A program made the translations under genes and the position numbers. 64,000 bases of DNA from Clostridia bacterium (GTDB taxonomy: Bacteria; Bacillota; Clostridia; TANB77; CAG-508). Each line of letters starts with the position of its first letter. Position 1 is the stretch's first letter. Under the pieces are notes generated by a model that was given only the letters and a program-made list of their open reading frames with translations, searched no databases and was not told the origin of the DNA. Positions 10,078-19,828 of the stretch are shown here, piece after piece. Location: contig JAFWNC010000019.1 of the NCBI GenBank assembly GCA_017510525.1, positions 26,611 to 90,610 of the forward strand. Direction: 5' to 3'.

Positions 10078-11445
10078 ATGAAAAAGAAAATTCTAATTGG
10101 AGTAGCTTTTATTTTAGCAATAGCTGGTTGTTTTTGTGGAATGTATTTTCAAAATGAAGAATTAGATAATTCAATATCTACAGCTCAAAATGTTATTAAA
10201 GAAGAAATTAAAAAAGAAGAGCAAAATGAAACTTACGAAATGACTCAGAAAGAAATCAAGGAACTTCCAACAACAGAAATTGTAGAACAAACAGAAGAAC
10301 AAGAAAACGCATTAGAGCAAGAAGTAGAAGATGAAGGTTTTAAACTTCAAGGTGAAATTGCTTATAACGGTACAAGTGAATATCCTAATGTTACTTTGGG
10401 TTCATATCAAGGTTTAACTTACTATTCACAAATTGATGGAAGATGGAGTAATCACTTATATACTTCTGTCGGAAATCCAAGTCAAACAATCGGTAGTTCA
10501 GGTTGCGGACCAACATGTGCTTCAATGGTCGTAACTGCAATAAAAGGAACAATAACACCTGATAAAATGGGTGACTTATATGTAGAAAATGGATATCGTA
10601 GTGCGGACAATGGAACTTATTTCAGTGCTTTTAGATTTACAGCTGATGTATTCGACATTGAATATGAAGAGGCATATAGATTAGACGATGTAATCAACTT
10701 ATTAAACAGTAATCACTATGTAATCGCTAGTTGTGGAAACGGTTTATTTACTACTGGTGGTCATTTCATATTATTAGTTGGTGTTGAAAACGATCATATT
10801 AAGATATATGACCCATACTTGTATGCAGGAAAATTCGATACATCAACTCGTAGAGGAAAAGTATTAGTAGACGGAAATACAGTATATTGTCCAATTGATA
10901 ATTTTAGAGAATATGCAAACTATACTAAATTCTTTGCATACAAATATGAAGGAACTATTGAACCTAATGTACAGCCAGTAATAACAAATTCTTATACACG
11001 TTATGTATCTGTTAGAACTTCATTAAATGTGAGAAATTCACCTGCTGGAATATGGATAGGAAGTTTATATAATGGAAATCAAGTAACAGTCTACGAGACA
11101 TCAGGCAATTGGTCAAGAATAGGTGATGACAGATGGGTATGTAGTGATTATTTAGTAAGCAATTCAGTTGGCTCAAATTATGCACCAACTTATTCTGGAT
11201 ATACTACAGGAAGCTATGTCGTTAGAGCTAGTGTTCTTAATGTAAGAACTGGAGCTGGTACAGGATATCATGCAAAAAGATATTGGGAGTTAAGCTATAA
11301 TGCAAGACAACAAAATAGCAGGCTAGGGAATTATTATACTAATGGTTATAAATACGGCGTAGTATGTACAGTTTCTAAAGTAAATGGTAACTGGGGATAT
11401 ACTCCTTCAGGTTGGATATGTTTAGATTATTGTAATAAACGTTAG
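10078..11445 (+). CDS. Lipoprotein with a C39-like cysteine peptidase domain (YvpB-like) and two C-terminal SH3b domains
   Basis: Lipobox LAIAGC. The motif SSGCGPTCASMVVTAI holds the catalytic Cys. GGHFILLVG and IYDPY supply the His and Asp. Two repeats of the ...VR.S.NVR......G......V.V....GNW... type are SH3b-like. Confidence 0.6.
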   Translation: MKKKILIGVAFILAIAGCFCGMYFQNEELDNSISTAQNVIKEEIKKEEQNETYEMTQKEIKELPTTEIVEQTEEQENALEQEVEDEGFKLQGEIAYNGTSEYPNVTLGSYQGLTYYSQIDGRWSNHLYTSVGNPSQTIGSSGCGPTCASMVVTAIKGTITPDKMGDLYVENGYRSADNGTYFSAFRFTADVFDIEYEEAYRLDDVINLLNSNHYVIASCGNGLFTTGGHFILLVGVENDHIKIYDPYLYAGKFDTSTRRGKVLVDGNTVYCPIDNFREYANYTKFFAYKYEGTIEPNVQPVITNSYTRYVSVRTSLNVRNSPAGIWIGSLYNGNQVTVYETSGNWSRIGDDRWVCSDYLVSNSVGSNYAPTYSGYTTGSYVVRASVLNVRTGAGTGYHAKRYWELSYNARQQNSRLGNYYTNGYKYGVVCTVSKVNGNWGYTPSGWICLDYCNKR

Positions 11446-11459
11446 AAAGGAGAAAAAAA

Positions 11460-14400
11460 TTGAAATTAAAAATTGATGATGATAAAGTTTCAATAATTGA
11501 AACATCAAATGTTGAGGCTGGAGAATACAATGTAACAGAATGCGAATTTGAGTTTTCTGAACACTATGATGGATTAGTTAAAAAAGCTGTTTTTACTAAT
11601 CATATTGGAAATACTTATAAAGTGGATATAGTCAATAATAAATGTGCGATACCAGTTGAAGTTTTAACAGATAGTGCAACTGTTACTTTAGGCGTATATG
11701 GATATGAGATTGAAAATGAAGAGTTTAAGCTAAGATATAGTCCAACGCCAACAAAATTCTGGGTAAATGAAGGTTCTTATATAGCAAATGCACAAAACTC
11801 AGATACACCAACTCCGACAGAATTTGAACAGTTAGAACAAAGAGTAACAACAGCTGAAGGTGATATTGATGATTTAGAGAATACTGTTGCAGGACATACA
11901 ACAGATATTTCTGAATTACAAGCGACAGTTAGAGAAAACACGTCTGATATTGATACATTACAAGATAATGTTCGTGATTTATCTCAGGGAGTAAGTGAAA
12001 ATGCTCAAGACATAGAAACAATAAATGGTGATATTAATACATTAACTCAAACGGTAGCTGATAATTTGGTTGAAGCTAAAAACTATACAGATTCTGAAAT
12101 AGATAGCTTAGCAACGGTTGCAAAAACTGGTGATTATAATGACTTAAATAATAAACCATTTATTCCAACAAAAACAAGCGACTTAACAAATGACAGCGGT
12201 TTTATAGATAAAAATGTAAATAATTTAACAAATTATACGGTTAAAACAAGCACCGGTAGTTTGATTGATTTAGAAATAAATGGTACTACTTATGTTGTAA
12301 CACTAAGACTTAAAGATATAGATGGCAACGTAATAAGTACAGACACAATTGATTTACCCTTGGAAAGTGTTGTTATTGGTGGTAGTTTTGACGCAGAAAA
12401 TAAAAAAATAGTTTTAACATTAGAAAATGGTCAAACCGTTGAAATCCCAGTTGGTGACTTAGTTGCAGGACTTCAAACAGAAATAACAAGTAATAATAAA
12501 TTAGCTTCTGATTTAGTTGATGACACTAATAGTGGCAATAAATTTACAAATACAAGCGAAAAAAATGGTTGGAACGCAAAATATGATAAACCATCTGGAG
12601 GAATACCGAAAACAGATTTAGCAAGTAGTGTACAAGAAAGCCTAGGGAAAGCTGACACTGCTTTACAAGAACATCAAGACATATCAGGTAAGGAAGACAA
12701 ATTAAATAAAGTAACAGAAATATCAAGTTCTAGTACAGATGTACAATATCCAAGTGCAAAATGTGTCTACGATAGTCAAGCTAATCAAGATGAATTGATA
12801 GCAGAGCTTCAAGACCAAATAGACGACCTTAACACAGAATACGAAACAAACGCAATAAGCGGAGAAAGTATAGATACAACAGATTCAGCTCAAGCGAGAG
12901 CAGATATAGGCATAAATGGTAATAGTAAGCAGAATAGTACTGAAGGGTATCAATTATTTGATAAATCAGCGATAACAACTGAAGCATTAAATGCAGACGG
13001 AACTACCTCAACAAGTTCATCGTTATCTACTACTGATTTTATTGAAATAGATAGTTCACAACAATATTATAAAACTGTAACAGGGTCGCAAAGAGTTAAA
13101 TTATACGATGAAAATAAAAGTGTCATTAGTACATCAAGTATCGCAGATATAAGTAATTTTACAGGCGAAGGTGTTTTTTCGATACCAGAAGCAAGTGCAA
13201 AATATATTAGATTTTCATTTGCTAATGAGAATGTAGATACTATAATGTTTGCACAAAGTTCTACAGCTGTACCGTACGAACCATACACAGGAGGACAAGC
13301 AAGCCCTAACCCAAACTATGAACAACCAATATATAGTGCTGGAGATAATATCAATTTAGCTCCAAGTACATTGTACAATACTCAAGTAAATCAACAGGGC
13401 GAAATCAATACTTCTACAAATAGAGTATCTAACGTAGCTACCAATTCTACTAGTACCTTATCAGTTAAGGCTGGAACATATACAATATCAATTGACAATC
13501 TAGACTATTGTAGTCTACTAACTAAGGATAGCCAAGGTAATATAATTGACAATATGGCAACAAGTTGGCATGCTCTACCTTATACGTTCACTCTAACAGC
13601 AGATGGTTTCTTGTATTTTACTGGTAGAAAAGATGGCAACCCTAACATAACCGCCAGCAATTATGCTCCAAAATTAGAAAAGGGTTCAATAGTTACACCA
13701 TATAGTCCATATAATATGGGATGTATAACAGAAAAAGTTCACAATGATAATATAATAGATACTACAACTTTTACAAATGGACAATTAAACACAGATGGAA
13801 CAGTAACAAATGTACAATATAGAATAACAAGTGACTATATTCCAGCTAAAGCAAATTCTACTTATTATGTGGATTGGAACTATTCAGATGATAATTTATA
13901 TTTAATTTATAGTACATACGACGAAAATAAAAACCATATAGCAAGAACTATACCTAACAATAAAACAATAACAACTACAGCTGATACAAAGTATATTAAG
14001 ATATGCTTATCAAGAACTGTAAATCAAGCTTTAAACGTATCCGATATAAGCAATTTCATGCTGTCTAGTTCACAGCATGACTACATTGAGCCAAAATCTC
14101 AATCTTATATAATCCCAACACAACAACCAATGAGAAGTATAGGCACAGTAAGAGATGTATTCGTTGAGACAGATAATGGTTGGGTTGAAAGACATTATAT
14201 AGGTGAGATTGTATTAGACGGAACAGAAACAGGGTGGACTCGCAATTTAACCACAAATTTCTACAGATATTATTTGAATAAAGACATTGGCATTAAAACA
14301 CCAGCAAGCTCATCTACTAGCCTAATTGCGGAAATCTTATCAAATAAATTTCAAGCAAAAACAATGGCTGAAACATGGGGCGGTAAAACAGGTATATCAA

Positions 14401-14708
14401 CAGGCTACCCTACTTCTAGTTACGAATACACAAGATTGTGTGTATGCTATGTAAGTGATGATACCGATACAGAGGCAAAATTCAAGACATGGTTATCTAA
14501 CAATAATGTAACAATAGACTATCAATTACAAACCCCAACAGACCTACCATGCACAGCCGAACAGATTCAAGCACTAGAAACAATAAAAAAAGCAAAGACA
14601 TATCAAGGAGTAACACATATATATAGTGAAGATACTATTCCAGCTTATATTGAAATAGAGTATAAGAAAAGCAATTTGCTAAGGATAAAAGCGTTGGAGA
14701 ATGCATAA
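11460..14708 (+). CDS. Phage tail fibre / receptor-binding protein (1082 aa)
   Basis: TTG start with RBS gaaaggag. A coiled-coil region carries repeated DI..L heptads. The TGDYNDLNNKP...SDLTNDSGF motif is recalled from Firmicutes prophage tail-fibre N-termini. The C-terminal region is long and S/T/N-rich. Confidence 0.5.
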   Translation: MKLKIDDDKVSIIETSNVEAGEYNVTECEFEFSEHYDGLVKKAVFTNHIGNTYKVDIVNNKCAIPVEVLTDSATVTLGVYGYEIENEEFKLRYSPTPTKFWVNEGSYIANAQNSDTPTPTEFEQLEQRVTTAEGDIDDLENTVAGHTTDISELQATVRENTSDIDTLQDNVRDLSQGVSENAQDIETINGDINTLTQTVADNLVEAKNYTDSEIDSLATVAKTGDYNDLNNKPFIPTKTSDLTNDSGFIDKNVNNLTNYTVKTSTGSLIDLEINGTTYVVTLRLKDIDGNVISTDTIDLPLESVVIGGSFDAENKKIVLTLENGQTVEIPVGDLVAGLQTEITSNNKLASDLVDDTNSGNKFTNTSEKNGWNAKYDKPSGGIPKTDLASSVQESLGKADTALQEHQDISGKEDKLNKVTEISSSSTDVQYPSAKCVYDSQANQDELIAELQDQIDDLNTEYETNAISGESIDTTDSAQARADIGINGNSKQNSTEGYQLFDKSAITTEALNADGTTSTSSSLSTTDFIEIDSSQQYYKTVTGSQRVKLYDENKSVISTSSIADISNFTGEGVFSIPEASAKYIRFSFANENVDTIMFAQSSTAVPYEPYTGGQASPNPNYEQPIYSAGDNINLAPSTLYNTQVNQQGEINTSTNRVSNVATNSTSTLSVKAGTYTISIDNLDYCSLLTKDSQGNIIDNMATSWHALPYTFTLTADGFLYFTGRKDGNPNITASNYAPKLEKGSIVTPYSPYNMGCITEKVHNDNIIDTTTFTNGQLNTDGTVTNVQYRITSDYIPAKANSTYYVDWNYSDDNLYLIYSTYDENKNHIARTIPNNKTITTTADTKYIKICLSRTVNQALNVSDISNFMLSSSQHDYIEPKSQSYIIPTQQPMRSIGTVRDVFVETDNGWVERHYIGEIVLDGTETGWTRNLTTNFYRYYLNKDIGIKTPASSSTSLIAEILSNKFQAKTMAETWGGKTGISTGYPTSSYEYTRLCVCYVSDDTDTEAKFKTWLSNNNVTIDYQLQTPTDLPCTAEQIQALETIKKAKTYQGVTHIYSEDTIPAYIEIEYKKSNLLRIKALENA

Positions 14709-14774
14709 AAGTTGTAATTTTCGACAGCATTCGACATCCTTTTTATGTTATAATAAGTAAAAGGATGTGGTAAT

Positions 14775-14930
14775 ATGATTACTAGAGATGATTTAATCAT
14801 TCATAGAATTAGATTGGAAGAATTAAGAAAGCATAAATTCAAAAACAGAAAATTAATTAAAGAAGAGCAAAGGAAATTCGATGCACTATGCATTGGATAT
14901 TTAGCTCAAATAGTTAAAGAGATGTCATAA
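14775..14930 (+). CDS. Small hydrophilic hypothetical protein (51 aa)
   Basis: RBS aaggatg precedes the ATG. A terminator overlaps the stop codon. Confidence 0.3.
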   Translation: MITRDDLIIHRIRLEELRKHKFKNRKLIKEEQRKFDALCIGYLAQIVKEMS

Positions 14931-14948
14931 ATGGCATCTCTTTTTTAA
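14919..14948 (+). terminator. Rho-independent terminator
   Basis: agagatgtcataaatggcatctct followed by ttttt. Confidence 0.5.
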
Positions 14949-14950
14949 AA

Positions 14951-15015
14951 TGAAATTTTTGACAACTTTTTGACAACTTTTTAATGGTAAAAATGGCAAA
15001 AATGGGACAAATGGA
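14951..15015. repeat. Direct repeats: TTGACAAC twice with a T5 spacer, then four 9-bp iteron-like units (ggtaaaaat/ggcaaaaat/gggacaaat)
   Basis: Read directly from the sequence. A near-identical TTGACAACTTTTTTGACAAC copy lies at 15231..15250 on the other side of the tRNA. Confidence 0.6.
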
Positions 15016-15074
15016 ATACAAAAAGATACAAATAAAAAATCAGCTAAATACGTTGAAATAGCTGATTTTTACTT

Positions 15075-15149
15075 TGGCAGGGGTAGTAGGATTCGAACCC
15101 ACACAGGCGGTTTTGGAGACCGATGTGCTACCATTAACACTATACCCCT
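15075..15149 (-). tRNA. tRNA-Trp (anticodon CCA)
   Basis: The reverse complement folds as a cloverleaf. The acceptor stem is AGGGGTA/TACCCCT. The D-loop carries GG. The anticodon loop is CTCCAAA. The T-loop is TTCGAAT. The 3' end is CCA. The sequence is close to B. subtilis tRNA-Trp. A hairpin plus T-run terminator follows on the minus strand at 15040..15070. Confidence 0.8.
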
Positions 15150-15226
15150 AAAAAATTACTACTTTATTAGTATACACAACTTTTTAGAGTTATGCAAGTG
15201 TTTTTAAAGAAAATATTTTAAAAGGT

Positions 15227-15252
15227 TGACAACTTTTTTGACAACCTTTTAA
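15227..15252. repeat. Second TTGACAAC-T6-TGACAAC copy, inside a 9-bp AAAAGGTTG/CAACCTTTT stem
   Basis: Seen directly. It lies between asd and the tRNA. Confidence 0.5.
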
Positions 15253-15265
15253 AATTTCTTATTAC

Positions 15266-16261
15266 TTAATTATTATTTTTTATTAATTCATCAACAATTT
15301 GAATTGCATTTGTTGCAGCACCTTTTCTAATATTATCAGCTACAACCCAAATGTTAAGCCCATAAGGAATACTTTCGTCTCTACGAATTCTTCCAACATA
15401 TACTTCATTATGGCCAGAAGCGTTTGTTGCTAATGGATAAGTATTTGTTTCTGGATCATCTTGTAAGATTATTCCAGGGTAGTTTTTAAGTATATCTCTA
15501 ACTTCTTTTAAGTCAAAGTCATTTTCAAATTCGATATTAATTGATTCACTGTGTGAATTTTGAACAGGTACTCTAACAGTTGTTGCAGTGATTCTTAAAT
15601 CTGGTCTGTTCAATATTTTTCTTGTTTCATTTACCATTTTCATTTCTTCTTTTGTATAGCCATTATCTAAAAACACATCAATATGTGGTAAACAGTTATT
15701 GTAGATAGGGTGCGGAAATTTTAAAGGTTTTTCACCTTTAGATGTGTTTTCTAAATCAGCTAAACCTTTATGTCCGGCACCTGAAACAGCTTGATAAGTT
15801 GAATAAACTATTCTTTTTATTTTATATTTATCATCTAATGGTTTTAGAGGAACAACTGCTTGAATCGTAGAGCAATTTGGATTTGCTATAATTCCTTTAT
15901 TGTTAAAAGCATCTTCCATATTTACTTCAGGAACAATTAAAGGAACCTCAGGATCCATTCTGAAAGCACTACTATTATCAACAACTATGCAACCTTTAGA
16001 TGCAGCAATTGGCGAGAATTTTTTTGATGTATCTCCACCAGCAGAGAATATTGCATAATCAAATCCTTCATCAAAAGAATCTTCTTTTAGTTCTTGAACT
16101 TCATATTCTTTATTCATAAATGTAATTTTTTTACCAGCTGATCTTGCTGAAGCAAAGAATTTGTATTCAGAAATTGGTAAATTAAATTCTTCTAAAACAG
16201 TTAATGCAGTTTGACCAACTAAGCCAGTAGCACCAACTAAGGCTAGTTTGTATTTTTTCAT
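15266..16261 (-). CDS. asd: Aspartate-semialdehyde dehydrogenase
   Basis: LALVGATGLVGQ is the NAD-binding motif. NCSTI holds the active-site Cys. Length is 331 aa. Confidence 0.9.
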   Translation of the reverse strand: MKKYKLALVGATGLVGQTALTVLEEFNLPISEYKFFASARSAGKKITFMNKEYEVQELKEDSFDEGFDYAIFSAGGDTSKKFSPIAASKGCIVVDNSSAFRMDPEVPLIVPEVNMEDAFNNKGIIANPNCSTIQAVVPLKPLDDKYKIKRIVYSTYQAVSGAGHKGLADLENTSKGEKPLKFPHPIYNNCLPHIDVFLDNGYTKEEMKMVNETRKILNRPDLRITATTVRVPVQNSHSESINIEFENDFDLKEVRDILKNYPGIILQDDPETNTYPLATNASGHNEVYVGRIRRDESIPYGLNIWVVADNIRKGAATNAIQIVDELIKNNN

Positions 16262-16353
16262 AATAAAATCTCCTTAAGAAACATTTTATGATATTATATT
16301 ACATTTTTTCTGAAAATGCTACATGTTTTTTAAAGATTATCTTTGTGAGTTAT

Positions 16354-16380
16354 GGACGACCAATGGTCGCCTCTACACAT
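16354..16380. repeat. REP-like element, family A (ggacgaccaatggtcgcc, then CTAC)
   Basis: GC-rich hairpin followed by ctctaca. Confidence 0.7.
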
Positions 16381-16490
16381 AATATAACGATGTAAAGGTT
16401 CAGCCTTGATGCCACATTTACATTAAAATACTTGATTTTACTGTAGGTTAATGCTAGAATTGAATTATATTATGGAAATAGAGGATTTAT

Positions 16491-17219
16491 ATGGGAGAAA
16501 TGATTTTTAGAAATTATTTTAATAAAATATATAAGAAAACAAGGATAGATTTTTATAAAGAACTAGAAGAAGATTTAGTTAATGAAAATCGTAAATTCAT
16601 TATTACTGCTAATCCTGAAACTATTATGAGAGCTGAATTTGAAGAGCCTGATTTGAAAAATGCATTTTTTTCAGAAAAGTCTTGTGTAATTGCTGATGGT
16701 GTTGGCGTTTTAAAAGGTGCTAAAATCCTTGAAATTGATATACCTGAAACCATTTTAGGAGTTTCAACTTGTGAAGAATTGTTTAAAATGTGTGATAGAA
16801 ATAATAAGTCAATTTTTTTATTTGGTGCTAAGAGTGATGTTTTAGCAAAACTGGTTGCTAGAATTAAAAGAGATTATAAAAACGTTAATATTGTTGGTGC
16901 TGTTGATGGTTATGTAGATGATAAAAATAAAGTTTTTGATGAAATTGAGAATAAAAAGCCTGATGTTGTTTTAGTTGCTCTTGGAATTCCAATGCAAGAA
17001 AGATTGATTTTTAATAATTTAGATAGATTTAATAAAGGTATTTTTGTTGGAGTCGGTGGCAGTTTTGATGTCTTAAGTGGTGATAAGAAAGGCGCTCCAG
17101 AGTTTTTTAAGAAGACAAATTTAGAGTGGCTTTATAGAATAACAAGAGAGCCTAAGAGACTAAAGAGATTTTTTAAGTATAATGTTAGGTATTGGAAATT
17201 AGTAAAAAAAGAGAAATAA
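16491..17219 (+). CDS. tagA: WecB/TagA/CpsF-family (GT26) N-acetylmannosaminyltransferase
   Basis: 242 aa. The motifs ...ITANPE.IM..., ...VIADG.GV... and a C-terminal ...WLYRI..EP.R... match the family. Confidence 0.75.
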   Translation: MGEMIFRNYFNKIYKKTRIDFYKELEEDLVNENRKFIITANPETIMRAEFEEPDLKNAFFSEKSCVIADGVGVLKGAKILEIDIPETILGVSTCEELFKMCDRNNKSIFLFGAKSDVLAKLVARIKRDYKNVNIVGAVDGYVDDKNKVFDEIENKKPDVVLVALGIPMQERLIFNNLDRFNKGIFVGVGGSFDVLSGDKKGAPEFFKKTNLEWLYRITREPKRLKRFFKYNVRYWKLVKKEK

Positions 17220-17229
17220 ATAAATATAT

Positions 17230-17256
17230 GGACAACTTTAGTTGTCCGCTACGATT
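17230..17256. repeat. REP-like element, family B variant (ggacaactttagttgtcc, then GCTACGA)
   Basis: The stem covaries with other family B copies. Confidence 0.7.
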
Positions 17257-17321
17257 GAATATTTGTGTTTTTTTGTTTATTAGTGTATAATATTAGAAAA
17301 TTTATATTTTGGAGAGTGTTT

Positions 17322-18422
17322 ATGATTAAAGTTTTAGTTGTTTTTGGCACAAGGCCAGAAGCTATTAAGATGGCACCTGTTGTAATGGCTTTGAAAAATG
17401 AAGAGAGAATAGAGTGTAGGGTTTGTGTTACTGCTCAACATAGAGAAATGCTTGATCAGGTTTTAGAAGCTTTTAAGATTAAGCCTGATTATGATTTAGA
17501 TATTATGAAACATGGACAGAGCTTAAGTGACATTACCGCAAGAGTTTTACGTGGTTTAGATAGTGTTATAGAAGATTTTGAACCCAATATTGTTTTAGTT
17601 CATGGCGATACTACAACTACTTTTGCTGCAGCACTTTCAGGCTTCTATCACCAAATAAAAATAGGTCATGTTGAAGCAGGTCTTAGAACTTATGACAAAT
17701 ATTCTCCTTATCCTGAAGAGATGAATAGACAAATGGTTTCAAGATTATGTGATTTTCATTTTGCACCTACAGAGGTTGCTAAAAAGAACTTGGAAAATGA
17801 AGGTATAAATAAAAATATTTTTGTTACTGGAAATACTGCAATAGATGCATTAAAGACAACTGTAAAAGAAGATTATAAAAATGATATTTTAGATAATTGG
17901 GTAGGAAATAGTAGATTAATTCTTCTAACAGCTCATAGAAGAGAAAATTGGGGAGAACCAATGGAGAGAATATTTAGAGCTGTTGATAGAATTACAAAAG
18001 AATATGATGATGTTAAAGTTTTATATCCTATTCATTTAAATCCTAAAGTTAGAGAAATTGCTAATAGAATTTTAAATAATAATGATAAAGTTAAAATGAT
18101 TGAACCATTAGAGGTTATTGATTTTCATAATTTTATAAATAAATCATATCTTATATTAACAGATAGTGGTGGGATTCAAGAGGAAGCTCCTTCTTTAGGA
18201 AAGCCAGTTTTAGTTTTGAGAGATACTACTGAGAGACCTGAAGGGATTGAGGCCGGAACATTGGAATTAGCTGGAACAGATGAAGATGTTATTTATTCAA
18301 AAACAAAAGAATTATTGGATAATGATGAAAAATATGAGAAGATGAGTAAATCTGCTAACCCTTATGGTGATGGTGAAGCTAGCAAAAGAATTGTTGAAGC
18401 TATTTTAGAATATTATAAATAA
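17322..18422 (+). CDS. mnaA: UDP-N-acetylglucosamine 2-epimerase (non-hydrolysing)
   Basis: MIKVLVVFGTRPEAIKMAPV, HVEAGLRT and TDSGGIQEEAPSLGKPVLVLR match the family. The ORF-track start at 17265 has no RBS. Confidence 0.85.
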   Translation: MIKVLVVFGTRPEAIKMAPVVMALKNEERIECRVCVTAQHREMLDQVLEAFKIKPDYDLDIMKHGQSLSDITARVLRGLDSVIEDFEPNIVLVHGDTTTTFAAALSGFYHQIKIGHVEAGLRTYDKYSPYPEEMNRQMVSRLCDFHFAPTEVAKKNLENEGINKNIFVTGNTAIDALKTTVKEDYKNDILDNWVGNSRLILLTAHRRENWGEPMERIFRAVDRITKEYDDVKVLYPIHLNPKVREIANRILNNNDKVKMIEPLEVIDFHNFINKSYLILTDSGGIQEEAPSLGKPVLVLRDTTERPEGIEAGTLELAGTDEDVIYSKTKELLDNDEKYEKMSKSANPYGDGEASKRIVEAILEYYK

Positions 18423-18431
18423 TAATATTTA

Positions 18432-18458
18432 TGGAGAACTCTAGTTCTCCGCTACGAA
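18432..18458. repeat. REP-like element, family B (ggagaactctagttctcc, then GCTACGAA)
   Basis: Seen directly. Confidence 0.7.
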
Positions 18459-18527
18459 TGTATTGTAAATTGGAATTGTTGGGGCAACCAATTGAATAGT
18501 ATATAAATGAATTTTAGGAGGATATAT

Positions 18528-19466
18528 ATGAATAAAATATCTATTATTGTTCCTTGTTTTAATGAAGAAGAGGTTTTACATATTTTTTATGATAAAATCA
18601 CTGAAGTAAGTCGTGGAATTGAAGCTGATTTTGAATATATTTTTGTAGATGATGGATCAAAAGATAAAACATTAGAAATATTAAAAGATTATAGCAAAAG
18701 AGATAGTAGAGTTAGGTTTATTTCTTTTTCTAGAAATTTTGGAAAAGAGTCTGCAATGTATGCAGGTCTTAAAGCAGCTACTGGAGATTATGTTGCAATA
18801 ATGGATGCGGATTTACAAGATCCACCAGATTTGTTGAATGAGATGTATCAAACTCTTTTAACTAAGGAATATGATTGTGTTGCAACTAAGAGAAAAACTA
18901 GAAAAGGGGAGCCTGCTCTTCGTTCTTTGTTTTCTGTTATGTTTTATAAGATTATTAATCATATGAGTAAAACAGAGATTGTTAATGGGGCTAGAGATTA
19001 TAGGCTTATGACTAAGCAGATGGTTGATAGTATTTTACAGGTTACCGAGTATAATAGATTTTCTAAAGGTATTTTTAGTTGGGTCGGCTTTAAGACTAAA
19101 TGGATTGCTTATGATAATATTGAAAGAGCAGCAGGAAAGACAAAATGGTCCTTCTGGAAATTGCTTAATTATTCTTTAGAAGGAATTACTGCTTTTTCAA
19201 CTGCACCTTTAGTATTTGCAGCTTTTATAGGTATATTCTTCTGTATGGTTTCATTTTTAATGATTTTAGTTATTATTGCTAAGACACTTATTTATGGAGA
19301 TCCAGTTTCTGGATGGCCTTCAACAATTTGTATAATCTTATTTGTTGGTGGAATACAGTTATTTAGCCTTGGAATTATTGGACAGTATATTTCTAAGGAA
19401 TATATGGAGATAAAAAATAGACCAATTTATATTGTAAAGGAGACAGAAAAAGATATTAGAGAATAA
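18528..19466 (+). CDS. GT2 glycosyltransferase with a C-terminal two-TM anchor (polyisoprenyl-phosphate glycosyltransferase, GtrB-like)
   Basis: IIVPCFNEEE..., DDGSKD and DADLQD are GT-A motifs. Two hydrophobic helices sit at the C-terminus. Confidence 0.75.
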   Translation: MNKISIIVPCFNEEEVLHIFYDKITEVSRGIEADFEYIFVDDGSKDKTLEILKDYSKRDSRVRFISFSRNFGKESAMYAGLKAATGDYVAIMDADLQDPPDLLNEMYQTLLTKEYDCVATKRKTRKGEPALRSLFSVMFYKIINHMSKTEIVNGARDYRLMTKQMVDSILQVTEYNRFSKGIFSWVGFKTKWIAYDNIERAAGKTKWSFWKLLNYSLEGITAFSTAPLVFAAFIGIFFCMVSFLMILVIIAKTLIYGDPVSGWPSTICIILFVGGIQLFSLGIIGQYISKEYMEIKNRPIYIVKETEKDIRE

Positions 19467-19549
19467 ATTGAAAAAATTGATATATAATAAAATATGTGCT
19501 ATTATATAATTAGCAATTGCAAAGCAAGTTAATTGTTAAGTATGAACGA

Positions 19550-19585
19550 AAAAAAGACTAGGTGTCTCAGACCTAGTCTTTTTTA
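19550..19585 (+). terminator. Rho-independent terminator
   Basis: agactaggtgtctcagacctagtct followed by ttttt. Confidence 0.6.
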
Positions 19586-19600
19586 TATTATATGAAAGTT

Positions 19601-19690
19601 CAAGTTTTATGGACAACTTTAGCCATGTCCGCTACGAATTATATGTCGTAAGTTTCGTAGAGGAGAACTAGAGTTCTCCATGTGGCGAAG
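19601..19690. repeat. Composite REP cluster: B variant with CTAC, then GTAG with a B hairpin, then a gtggcgaagccac-T6 hairpin
   Basis: Two opposed units. The terminal hairpin plus T-run is terminator-like. Confidence 0.7.
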
Positions 19691-19828
19691 CCACTTTTTT
19701 ATATAATTTAAAAATTTATTACATTTATATTAAATAAAAGGAAAGTATTGAAAAATATTTTTGCTTGTGATATAAGTATGATATAATAGAGTAAAAATAG
19801 GTGTATTAGACATTTTTAGGAGGAAGTA

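Noticed and set aside
16262-16490. A lysine riboswitch or other leader upstream of asd
   Set aside because: No L-box conserved segments are present. The GC-rich block is a family-A REP unit.
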